A stretch of 64,000 bases of DNA from an uncultured Gemmatimonadales bacterium (GTDB taxonomy: Bacteria; Gemmatimonadota; Gemmatimonadetes; Longimicrobiales; Gaopeijiaceae): the NCBI GenBank assembly GCA_963809895.1, contig CAWELD010000004.1, positions 160,001-224,000 on the forward strand, given 5' to 3'. Positions 28,903 through 38,766 of the stretch are shown one piece after another. Made by a program: the position numbers and the translations under genes. The notes beneath the pieces were generated by a model, which made no database searches, was not told the origin of the DNA, and saw only the letters and a list, made by a program, of their open reading frames with translations. Numbering within the stretch: position 1 is the first letter of the stretch; the number at the start of each line of letters is the position of its first letter.

Positions 28903-31339
28903 TCAGTCCTGCCGAAGCGCGACCGCGGGCTGCACCGAGGCCGCCCTCTGTGCCGGAATCAGGCAGGCCAGCGCCGCCACGGCGAGGAATACCAGCGACC
29001 CACCGGCGAAGGTAAGCGGATCGAAGGGGCTCACGCCGAACAGGAGCGAGGTCAGGACGCGCCCGAGCAGGCCGGCCGCCACCAGACCGATGACGACACC
29101 GAGCACGGCCAATCCCATCCCCTGGCGGAGCACCAGTCCTCTCAGGTCGCCGCCGGCGGCCCCCATGGCCAGGCGGATCCCCATCTCCGCGCGCCGCTGG
29201 TTCACCACGTACGAGATGACGCCGTAGATCCCCACCGAGCCCAGGAAGAGCGCCACCAGCGCCGCCAACGCCAGCAGGGTCATGGTGAAGCTGGTGCGGC
29301 TCATGGAATCCCCCACCACCCCACTCATGGTCTGCACGTCGATGATGGGCAGGTCGGGATCCAGTGCCGTGATCTCGCGGCGGATGTCCGGAACCACGCT
29401 CAGGGGATCGCTGCCGGTGCGAACCGCGATGGTCATGGCCCGGACGCCTCCGCCGAGCGAGTCACGCATGGGCATGTAGATGGTCGCCGCGGTGGGCTGG
29501 TCCAGCCCGGCGTCACGCACGTCCCCCACGACCCCTACCACGTCCATGAAGTCGGGGGTGGATGGAGCGATGCGCCGGCCCAGCGCACTGGCATCGGGCC
29601 AGTACTGCTCCTTGAGCGAGGCGCTGATGACGAGGTTGGCCAGAGGCTCCTGGTGGTCCCGGGCATCGAACTCACGCCCCTCCACCACCGGGATCCCCAT
29701 GGTGGCGAAGTAGCCCGGCGTCACCCGCCGCACGGCGAACGCCGGCGGAAAGTCGCCTTCGGCGGTGGGAAACTCCTCGATCTGCGTCGCGAGGATCGCC
29801 CCACCGCCGGTGAGGGGCAGGCTGTTGATCCCGGCGGCGGACGACACCGATGGGATGGCCTCGAGCCGCGCCAGCAGATCATCGTAGAAGCGCGCGGTCG
29901 CCGCTCCGTCGGGGTAGCTGCTGGGCGGCGGTGACAGCCGGAAGGTCACCAGGCCGTCGGCCTGGAACCCAGGGTCCACCGCGCGCAGCCGCTGGAAGCT
30001 CCGCACCATGAGCCCCGATCCCACCAGCAACACCAGGGCCAGCGCGACCTGCATCACGACCAGCCCCGAACGGGCCCGGTTGCGGTCCCTGCCGCTGGTG
30101 GACCCGCGGCCGCCGTCACGCAAAGCGGCCACCATGCGTTTGAGCGATCCCACCCGCAGGGCGGGCAGGAGACCGAAGAGGAGTCCCGCGAACACGGAAA
30201 TCCCCAGGGTATACCCCAGGACCTTCGGATGAAGACCGATCTCCTGGAGACGCGGGATCGACACCGGCGCCCAGCTCACGAGGACGCGAACGCCGATCCA
30301 GGCCAGCAGCACCCCGGCCAGCCCGCCCACCACGGCCAGCACCAGGCTCTCCGTGACGACGTACTGCACCAGACGGCGCCGGCCGGCGCCCAGAGCCGTG
30401 CGCACGGCCGTCTCGCGGTTCCGACCCTCGGCCCGGACCAGGAAGAGGTTCGCCACGTTGCTGCAGGCGATGAGCAGCACGAACCCCACCGTGCCCAGGA
30501 GGATCAGGAGCGGCATGCGGGCCTCGCCCACCATGTCCTCCTTGATCCGGTGCACGTCGGCCTTGCCCGTGAAGACGTTGTTCAGCCAGGCCGGCCCGTA
30601 CCCCGCCTCCCCGAACCGGCTCACCAGATCCGCCCCTTCGGCCGTGGCTGCCTCCAGGGTCACCCCGTCGGCCAGGCGCGCCACGCTCCGGATGTAGTGG
30701 CCGCCGAAGTTCTGGCTGGTGGGATCCAGGGGCAGCGGAACCCACAGGTCGGTATTCGCCTCCGGAAATGCGAAACTCAGCCGGCATGACGCCGATGACC
30801 TCGCGGCTCGTGCCGTTGAGGTCGATGGTGCGCCCCACGATGGACGCATCGCCGCCGAAGCGGTCCTGCCAGAGCCCGTAGCTGAGGATCGCCACCTGTG
30901 GACCGTTGGGTGCCTCCTCCTCCGTCGACGGCAGACGTCCCCGTAGCGGCGCGACGCCCAGCGCCTCGAAGGCGCTGTTGGTGAGCAGGCCCACGCGGAG
31001 CTGCAGTGGCGCACCCTCACCGGTGAGGGGCCACTGACTCGTCACGTAGCCGCCGAAGCTCTCGTAGCTGTGGCTCTTGTCGTGAAAGTGCCAGTAGCCG
31101 CGATCCGAGAAGGGCAGGCGGCCGTCGGGATCCGGGACCAACGGGAAGTCCACCTGCACGAGCTCGTCGGCGTCGGGATAGGGTAGCGGCTCGAGAAGCA
31201 CCGCGTTCACCACCGAGAAGATGGCGGTGTTCGCACCGATTGCCACGGCCAACGTGATCACGGTGATTGCGGTGAATCCGGGGCTACGCAAGAGGACTCG
31301 CAGAGCGAGCCGGACGTCGCGGAGGATCGAGCTGAGCAC
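28903..31339 (-). CDS. ADOP-type permease #3, no prefix (+1 frameshift near 30780)
   Basis: GTG start [31 protein letters not shown]; continues in ORF 28903..31020 with [17 protein letters not shown]. Confidence 0.87.
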
Positions 31340-31479
31340 GGGGGCTCCGGGCAGAGGGGAGATCGGACGGATGCCGCCGGACCTGCTCACCTACGGAATC
31401 CGCCTTCTCGGGGATTCGACGTCGGCGCTGCCCGTTGGGTTGCACCACCACCACCGCGCGGGCGCGCGGCTGCCTGCCG

Positions 31480-32263
31480 CTACAGCGTGGACCCGATGCG
31501 GTCGAAGAGCCGAGTGGCGTAGTTTCGGCTCAGCTTGAGCTCCTCGCCGGTGTGGAGCCGGACCACGTACCCACCGCTGAACCAGGGGACCAGGCAGTCC
31601 ACCGAGTCGACGTTCACGATCGTCGAGCGATGGATGCGCAGGAAACGGCGGTCGTCGAGCTGCTGCTCCAGGTCGCCGATCTTCCGGCGGACGAGATGCG
31701 TCTTGCCGCCGACGTGGATGTTCACGTAGTTGCCCTCGGCCTCGAGCCAATCGATGTCGGCGACTTTCAAGAAAGCGCACGGCATCGCCGTCCTTGACCA
31801 GCAACCGCTCAGCGGCCAGGCCCCCGTGCACACCTCCCGACGCGCCCTCGGCCGTATCGTCGGTAGCGGCGATCAGGCTCTGCACCGCGGCGCGACGCTC
31901 GGACGCTTCGGCCTCGGTCATGTCGAGGCGCTCCAGCGCCGACGCGAGGCGGGCCTTGTCGAAAGGCTTCAGCAGGTAATCCACCGCGTGCACCTCGAAG
32001 GCGCGCAGAGCATAGCTCTCGTGGGCCGTGACGAAGATGACGGGGGGCATGTCCTCCACGCCGATCTCCCGGATGACCTCGAAGCCGTCCATCCCCGGCA
32101 TGCGAATGTCCAGGAAGACCACGTCACAGGCCGTTCCTCTCAGCATGCGCACCGCGGCTTCGCCGTCCGGCGCCTCGCCCACGACTTCCACACCCGCCTC
32201 ACCCAGGAGCCGACGCAGCCGACGGCGAGCGACAGGTTCGTCTTCGGCGATGAATGCTCTCAT
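31480..32263 (-). CDS. LytTR family response regulator (+1 frameshift near 31770)
   Basis: EDEPVAR, FLDIRMP, FVTAH, DYLLKPF; C-part IDWLEAEGNYV, FLRIHRSTIVN, KLSRNY. Confidence 0.9.
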
Positions 32264-33356
32264 GACTCGGTACGATAGGGGACGACGATCCGGGCAGTGA
32301 CGCCGCGGTCCTGTCTACCCACAAGTACGAACGATTGGTCGCTCCCATACAAGCGTTGCAGGCGAGCCCGGGTGTTGGTCAGCCCGAGCCCTTCCACGAT
32401 ACCGTCCCCCCGGGGGCGGGAGTCCGCGACCGTTGTCTTTCACCTCGATGCGCAACCGGTCTTCCTCCCGGCGGGCCCGAATCTGGATCCTGCATCCCTC
32501 CGAGGCGCCGGCGAATCCATGGCTGATCGCGTTCTCCACCAGCGGTTGGAGCAGGAAGTTGGGCACCAGCGCCTCGCCGGCGTCGGGGGCCAGGTCGAGC
32601 TCCACCGTGAGGTCCTTTCCCAGGCGGACCTCCTGAATCGCCAGGTAGCGGCCGAGCAGGTCCAGTTCTTCCTGGAGCGCGACCTCCTGGACCCCGGCGG
32701 TCTGCATGGTTCTGCGCAGGAACGCCGCCAGGTGGGCGAGCATGGCCTCGGCCTGCTCGGGATCTTCGTGCACGATCTCGGAGATGGCGTGCAGCGCATT
32801 GAAGAGGAAGTGCGGCTGCATCTGCATGCGCAGGTCCGCGAGCTCAGCGCGCGCCAGCTCGCCCACGAGACGGCGGCGGTCGCGCTCGAAGCGCCGGCCG
32901 AGCCCCAGGGCGTGGGCCGCGGCCACGATGGCGGCGTATCCCAGGAGGTTCATGTCCAACGATCGCAGGACATGGGCTGCCAGCGGTGCACGGGGTACCC
33001 CGAACAGGGGACCCGCCAGGGCCCGTAGGCTCCCGTCAAGTGTGGCCAGCAGGCTGAACAGGATCCCGTGGGCGGCCAGATCCGTCACTCGGCGGCCGCG
33101 CCGCGCCGGAAAACGTCTCGCAGCTTCGAAGACCACGGGAGTGAAGAACGCCCACAGCCACGCCCCGGTCATTATGGGGCCAGCCAGGGACAGGAACCGC
33201 ACCCCGCTGCCCATGGCGCGCGCCTCCAACCAGGCACTCTGACTCGCCAACAGGCCGTAGGCGGTCCACACCACCGAGGTGAGCAGCCAGATGCGAGCGC
33301 GTGAAGACCCGAGCGGCCGTCCGGCGGCGTACGACCGGGTCCTGGACTCGACTCAC
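32260..33356 (-). CDS. LytS/YehU-type sensor histidine kinase (frameshifts near 33290 and 32405)
   Basis: TM region; LRMQMQPHFLFNALH, LQPLVENAISHG, DNGRG; C-terminus GLGLTNTRARLQRLYG in the shifted frame; ATGA overlap with the LytTR gene. Confidence 0.85.
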
Positions 33357-33546
33357 GACCTGGATTCACGAACCCTCCACGAAGCGGCGAAGGTTCAAGA
33401 TCGCCGGGTTCGGGGCTCCGCGTCCAGGCAGCCGGCAGGCGGGAACGCCAGAGCGAGATCACGAGGTCCATGAACGGCGAACGGGCCGCCGCGGGAACCC
33501 CCGCGACGACCCGTTCTGAACCTGCGTCCGGACTACGCCGACTGGA

Positions 33547-35199
33547 TCAGTTGGCGATGGTTCCGGTCTTCGCGTCGGCGTCACGCTGCGCCTGGCGGAA
33601 ACGCTCGAAAGCGACCCGCTTGGCGTGCAGACCTTCCGGCGAGAAATCGGCGATCAGGCTCGGGGCCGAGCTGTTGCCGCCCGGGCCACCGAAGGTGTAG
33701 ATGTCCTCGAGCAGGAGCAACAGCTCGCTGCCGGGGATCGGCAACTGGGTCGGGGTGTCCTTCACCAGGTCGCCCCAGCCACGGTCGTCGAAGTACTCGA
33801 TGAACGGACCGTAGTGGAAGAGCTCGATGCGCTTCTCGTACTTGAGCGCCTCCCACAGGTCGCCGCAGTTCCCGTTCGCGAGGCGCGGCACGCAGTCCGT
33901 TCCCGGGGCCGTGCCGTTCACGTCGGTGAAGGCCGGCAGATCGCCGTTGGCCCGGTGCTCGTTGACGAGGGCCATGGCGCCGGCCTTGTCGCCGGTGCGG
34001 TACATGGCTTCGGCCATGAGCAGGTCACGCTCGATGGGCGTCCACTCCGGAAGCCGGCCGATGAAGCCGGAGGAGTAGTAGTTCCACCGCACGTCCAGGT
34101 AGTTGGAGTAGTGGTAGTAACCCCGGTTGGCCGGGAACGGGCTCGACCCGATGTAGGCGACCAGCGTGCCGTCGGTCTCGGGCGTATCACCCGTGACCCG
34201 CCGGTCCGGCGTCACGACGTCGAACGGACGCCGGTCGTCGGGCGGCAGAGCCAGCCACTCCTGGAACTTCCCGCTCTGGTCGGCCGGCCCGTAGGTCCGG
34301 ATGTCCAGGCGGGCCCAACCGGCGATGGCCGCGGTGTGCAGCTTGTCGCGGGCCCACGCCCAGTTGTTGCCGTCGTCGTACGTGGCGTAGTCCTCTTCGG
34401 GACCGAGACCGTTCTGCACGTCGGACAGGATCTTGTTCCAGTCCGCCGCGTCACGGTCCGCCTTGCTCCGGGCCGCCTCGGACAGCACCCGGGCACGCCA
34501 CGACGAGATCCAGCGCGCGAACTTCGCGCTCGTGAACTCCACGTCGAAGCCGATCCACTCGGGCGGAATGACGAAGGAGTTGGCCTTCGCCAACTGCTCC
34601 GCCTCGTTCAGCTTCGCGATGCCGGCATCGAAGACGTCCTGATAGGGCACGAACGAGAGGGACTCGAGGTCCGTGTTCTCGTCGACGATGAAGCCCTTGT
34701 CGAAGAGCAGTCCCACGTAGGCCAGGCTCAGGCCCTGCACGAACTTGCCGAAGGCCATGGCCCGCGGGTTGTCCGCACCGCCCTGTCCGATCTTGATGCC
34801 GTCGTCGATAGCGATGAAGCCGTCACGCACGGCCGCCATGGCTCCGTACAGATTGCTCCAGGGCACCTCGGCCACGGCGCTGTAGGAATAGGCCGGGTCG
34901 TTGTCGTACTCCTTGCGGGGCTCCCAGCCGAAGTCCCGCATCCCCCAGTTGCCCCAGGAGGACGAGTGGGCGTCGGCCGCCGTGGACAGCGCCGAGCCCG
35001 GATATGAGTGGTGGATGACCCCCCACACCGACGAGTAGGCCCCCGAGATCAGGGACTCCACGTCGTTGGGCGTCGAGATGGCGCGGGCGCGGTCCGGATC
35101 GTTGAGGTTGGTCACCTCGAGATCCGCACACGCCGTCCCGGCCATGGCCAGGAGCGCCGTCAGCGCCAGAAATCGATAAAGTCTCATGGTCGTTCTCAT
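33547..35199 (-). CDS. RagB/SusD family lipoprotein
   Basis: GTAC lipobox, DLEVTNLNDPD, LLMAEA, LKYEKRIEL, DDRGWGDL. Confidence 0.87.
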   Translation of the reverse strand: MRTTMRLYRFLALTALLAMAGTACADLEVTNLNDPDRARAISTPNDVESLISGAYSSVWGVIHHSYPGSALSTAADAHSSSWGNWGMRDFGWEPRKEYDNDPAYSYSAVAEVPWSNLYGAMAAVRDGFIAIDDGIKIGQGGADNPRAMAFGKFVQGLSLAYVGLLFDKGFIVDENTDLESLSFVPYQDVFDAGIAKLNEAEQLAKANSFVIPPEWIGFDVEFTSAKFARWISSWRARVLSEAARSKADRDAADWNKILSDVQNGLGPEEDYATYDDGNNWAWARDKLHTAAIAGWARLDIRTYGPADQSGKFQEWLALPPDDRRPFDVVTPDRRVTGDTPETDGTLVAYIGSSPFPANRGYYHYSNYLDVRWNYYSSGFIGRLPEWTPIERDLLMAEAMYRTGDKAGAMALVNEHRANGDLPAFTDVNGTAPGTDCVPRLANGNCGDLWEALKYEKRIELFHYGPFIEYFDDRGWGDLVKDTPTQLPIPGSELLLLLEDIYTFGGPGGNSSAPSLIADFSPEGLHAKRVAFERFRQAQRDADAKTGTIAN

Positions 35200-38100
35200 T
35201 AGAAGATGATCTCGAGGCTCGCGGAAATCGTCCGGAAGTTCGGGTAGCCGAAGTTGTCCACCCGGCCGATGGCTTCGGAGCCACCGCCACTGCCCTGTCC
35301 ACCCGTGCCGACCTCGGGGTCGTAGCCCTTGTAGTCGGTGAAGGTGAGCAGATTCCGGCCGATGAGGTTCACGTTCATGCCTGTCACGCCCAGCGATCCG
35401 AACATGCTCTGAACCGCGGACTGATCGAAGTTGTAGCGCAGCGACGCCTCGCGGATCTTCACGAAGGTGCCGTTCTCCACGAACCAGCTGGAGTTCGAGT
35501 TCACGTTGTACAGGACCTGGTAGTAGTCGATGGACTTCTTCTGCGCATCGGACTTACCGGCCTGATCCTGGTCACCGGAGCGGTTGTCCCGGTACGCGTA
35601 CGCACGGGTCTGGTTGTAGATGTCCGCCCCGAATTCGCCGTCGAACAGCGTGTAGAACGACAGGTTCTTCCAGCGAACCGTGTTCGACCAGCTCAGGTTG
35701 AAGTCGGGCGTCGTGTTCCCCATGAAGAGGAAGTTGCTGCCCTCGCTGTCGATGGCCTTGATCGGGATGCCCCACTTGTAGCTATCCCCGTTGACCTCGG
35801 CGCTCGAGCCCCACAGGTCCTTGCTGATGCCGTCGGTGTAGCTGTTGCCCGAGCCGACCCACACCAGCAGGCCGTCGTCGTTCACCTGGAACTCCGAGCA
35901 ATCCGTGCCCGAGGGCAGGTCGCCACACTGGTTCGCCCAGCGCGATCCGTAGAACGTGCCCAACTCCTCGCCCTCACGGACGTAGAAGAAGCCCGTCCGG
36001 TACGGCGCGATGTCCAGCTGCGTGATCGTCTGGTGCGTCCGGTCGAAGTTCACACGGCTCGTCCAGGTGATGTCCGGACGGTCGACCAGCGCCGTCTCCA
36101 CGAACGCCTCGATGGTGTTGCTCTCCAGCGTGCCGGCGTTCTGCCACTGGCTGCTGAAGCCCACGTAGCCCGGCAGCGGAACCTGCAGGAGCTGGTCTTC
36201 AACGGTCGACCACGCGTACGTCACGCCCGCGTTGATCTTGTTGTAGAACACCGTCTCCAGCCCCACTTCCTGCTCCGTCGACAGCTCCGGCTTCAGGAAC
36301 TTGTTGCCCAGCGACACCGGCGAGATCACGCCGTTCGACACCGAGTACGTCTCGTACTGCGCGGCGAAACGCGGACGCCCGCCGGCGGTGCCGATGGAGT
36401 AGCGCAGCTTGAACTCGTTCAGGTTGTCGAACGGCCACCACGCTTCCTGGGCCATCCGCCACGCGCCCGAGGCGCGGTAGTACGTCTGCCAGCGCTCCTG
36501 CTCGCCGAACAGCGACGAGCCGTCGCGCCGCACCAGGAAGTCACCCACGTACTTGCCCTGATAGTCCAGGGCCGTGATGAAGAAGTAGCCTTCCGCCAAC
36601 ACGTCCTGGATCGAGGATCCCGCGTTGATGGAGCCCACGATGTTGTCCAGCGACGGCACGCCCTTGGCCGACAGGTTCCGGCCGTTGACGTTGAAGGCTT
36701 CCTGGTGCTGGTCCTCCAGCAGGTACCGGACCTTGGTCCGGGTCGTCAGGTCGCCGAAGGACTTGTTGAACGACGCCGTGAACGACGCATTCATGTCGTT
36801 GTCGTGCTGCTGCGACTTGCTCAAGGTTCCGTCGCCCACGCCCGACTGGTCCGACACGACGCCCGACGGCGTGATGTTGCTCTGCCAGTAGTTCTGCTGG
36901 TCGAGCGAGAAGTTGCCCTCGAGCTCGAACCACGAAATGGGCGACCACACCACGTTGGCGCTACCCAGGAACCGCTGACGCCAGTCACGCTGATCCTGCA
37001 GGTCCAGCAGGTAGAGCGGGTTCGCCTCCTGCGACAGCGGATCCGGACGCCAGATGTAGCAGCCCTGTGCGCCGCACGGACCCACGTTCGCCGTCGCCGC
37101 CGAACGCTGCTGCAGGTTCGCGAACGGTGCGATGAACGCCAGGTCGTAGAACGGGCTCCCGCCCAGATCCTCCTGAGCCGACTTCGAATAGTACGTGCTC
37201 AGCGAGATGTTGACGTTGTCCAGGATCTGGTGGTCCAGGTTCAACCGGAACCCGTTCAGCTTGAAGCCCGAGTTCAGGTCCACCACGCCCGTCTCCAACT
37301 GATGCGAGAACGAGGCACGGTAGTTCGTCGAGCCCGTACGACCCTCGGCCGCCACGTAGCCCGAGTAGAAATCGCCCGGATGGAAGAAGCGATCCACCTG
37401 ATCGTACAGCGGATACGGCCACGCACCGTCCTGGAACGACTTCGCCGACACACCCCCGTTCAACACGGGGTTCGGCGGCGCGCAGTTCACGCCCAGCGGA
37501 TCCAGGACCGGCTCACACACCTCACCGGTGTTCTTGTCGTAGAAGTACCGGATGTCGACGGCGTTGCCGTCGGCGTCGATGATGTCGCCGTTGGCGTTCA
37601 TCGCGTACGAATGGTAGTGCGAGAACGGCGTCGAACCCTCCAGGTTCTGCTTGCCGTACTCGTTGCGCACCGTGATCCGCGCCTGGTCCACGCTCAGCCC
37701 CGAGCCACGACGCGTGCGAATCTGCACCACGCCGTTCTGGGCCCGCGATCCGTACAGCGACGCCGCCGCTGCGCCCTTCACGATCTCCACCGACTCCACG
37801 TCCAGCGAGCTGATGTCCGCCAGCGTGTTGTCCGTGATCACACCGTCCACGATGATCAGCGGGTTCTGTGACCCCGTGATCGTCGTCGGGCCCCGCAGCA
37901 TGATGCTGCCGTCCGAGCCCGGCTGGCCGCTGCCCTTCACCACCTTCGCTCCGGGTACCTTACCGGCGATCAGACCGTCCGCGGACGGCGTCGGCACCGG
38001 CATGTCCTCGAAGTCCACCTTCTCCACCGTGAATGGCAGCTTCACCCTCGGCGTCGAGCCCGCCACTCCGGTCACCACCAGCTCCTGAAGCTTCAGGGCC

Positions 38101-38435
38101 GTGGATTCCATGCGGAACTCCACCGTCGTGGTCTGACCTGCCGTGACCGTCACCTCCTGCGTGACGCTCGTGTACCCGATCAGCTCCACACTCACTTCGT
38201 GCGTGCCCGCGGGTACCTGGTTCAACATGATGAATCGGCCCTGAGCGTTCGTCAGCGCACCCTGATTGAGCGCGGAGATGTACACCTGGGCCGACTCCAG
38301 AGAACGCCCGGACGTCGCATCCACGACGGTACCGGTCAGCGTCCCTGTGGCCTGGGCCGCTGCAGGCGCCGGCATGCCGGCTACCCATAGCGCCGCGGCC
38401 GAGGCCAGCAGCAAAAACGAACGAGAGAGTCTCAT
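35199..38435 (-). CDS. SusC/RagA family TonB-dependent transporter
   Basis: ELVVTG, PLIIVDGV, EIVKGAAAASLYGSRAQNGVVQIRT, RRDGSSLFG, GYDPEV, C-terminal Phe; GGGAGG RBS. Confidence 0.93.
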   Translation of the reverse strand: MRLSRSFLLLASAAALWVAGMPAPAAAQATGTLTGTVVDATSGRSLESAQVYISALNQGALTNAQGRFIMLNQVPAGTHEVSVELIGYTSVTQEVTVTAGQTTTVEFRMESTALKLQELVVTGVAGSTPRVKLPFTVEKVDFEDMPVPTPSADGLIAGKVPGAKVVKGSGQPGSDGSIMLRGPTTITGSQNPLIIVDGVITDNTLADISSLDVESVEIVKGAAAASLYGSRAQNGVVQIRTRRGSGLSVDQARITVRNEYGKQNLEGSTPFSHYHSYAMNANGDIIDADGNAVDIRYFYDKNTGEVCEPVLDPLGVNCAPPNPVLNGGVSAKSFQDGAWPYPLYDQVDRFFHPGDFYSGYVAAEGRTGSTNYRASFSHQLETGVVDLNSGFKLNGFRLNLDHQILDNVNISLSTYYSKSAQEDLGGSPFYDLAFIAPFANLQQRSAATANVGPCGAQGCYIWRPDPLSQEANPLYLLDLQDQRDWRQRFLGSANVVWSPISWFELEGNFSLDQQNYWQSNITPSGVVSDQSGVGDGTLSKSQQHDNDMNASFTASFNKSFGDLTTRTKVRYLLEDQHQEAFNVNGRNLSAKGVPSLDNIVGSINAGSSIQDVLAEGYFFITALDYQGKYVGDFLVRRDGSSLFGEQERWQTYYRASGAWRMAQEAWWPFDNLNEFKLRYSIGTAGGRPRFAAQYETYSVSNGVISPVSLGNKFLKPELSTEQEVGLETVFYNKINAGVTYAWSTVEDQLLQVPLPGYVGFSSQWQNAGTLESNTIEAFVETALVDRPDITWTSRVNFDRTHQTITQLDIAPYRTGFFYVREGEELGTFYGSRWANQCGDLPSGTDCSEFQVNDDGLLVWVGSGNSYTDGISKDLWGSSAEVNGDSYKWGIPIKAIDSEGSNFLFMGNTTPDFNLSWSNTVRWKNLSFYTLFDGEFGADIYNQTRAYAYRDNRSGDQDQAGKSDAQKKSIDYYQVLYNVNSNSSWFVENGTFVKIREASLRYNFDQSAVQSMFGSLGVTGMNVNLIGRNLLTFTDYKGYDPEVGTGGQGSGGGSEAIGRVDNFGYPNFRTISASLEIIF

Positions 38436-38571
38436 GCGACCTCCCTGTGGGGTGGATGGTTCGGCACGCAGTCGGTCCTCACCGACCCTGCCGAGGACGA
38501 GAGGCGGGCATATCCGCGTCTCGTAACCGGAATGAAATACCACCGTGACCGGGAAATTCGAATGCAGGGGG

Positions 38572-38622
38572 GACGAACGGTCGGATGCCGAGCCGAACGG
38601 TCGGCGACGAGGGACGAACGGA
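38572..38622 (-). promoter_or_regulatory. Three LytTR (AlgR-like) direct-repeat sites upstream of susC
   Basis: On the minus strand: TCCGTTCGTC (38613-22), ACCGTTCGGC (38592-601), ACCGTTCGTC (38572-81); periods 21 and 20 bp. Confidence 0.7.
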
Positions 38623-38643
38623 GACCCGAAAACATAGGGTCGA

Positions 38644-38737
38644 CCCCGGCGGAGGACGGGCAGCGGGGGGGCTTGCTGCTCCGCCGGGGCAACCATCCGA
38701 CCTGCAGGAATGCTACCGAAGCGGATGGCTGCCAGGC
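38644..38737 (-). terminator. Overlapping stem-loops downstream of ADOP #4
   Basis: Perfect 11-bp IR CCCCGGCGGAG/CTCCGCCGGGG (38644-38689) and GGCAACCATCCG/CGGATGGCTGCC (38688-38733; the mismatch is G-U on the minus strand); no U-tract. Confidence 0.45.
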
Positions 38738-38766
38738 AAGAGCTATCGCCCGACAGCTATCGCCTG

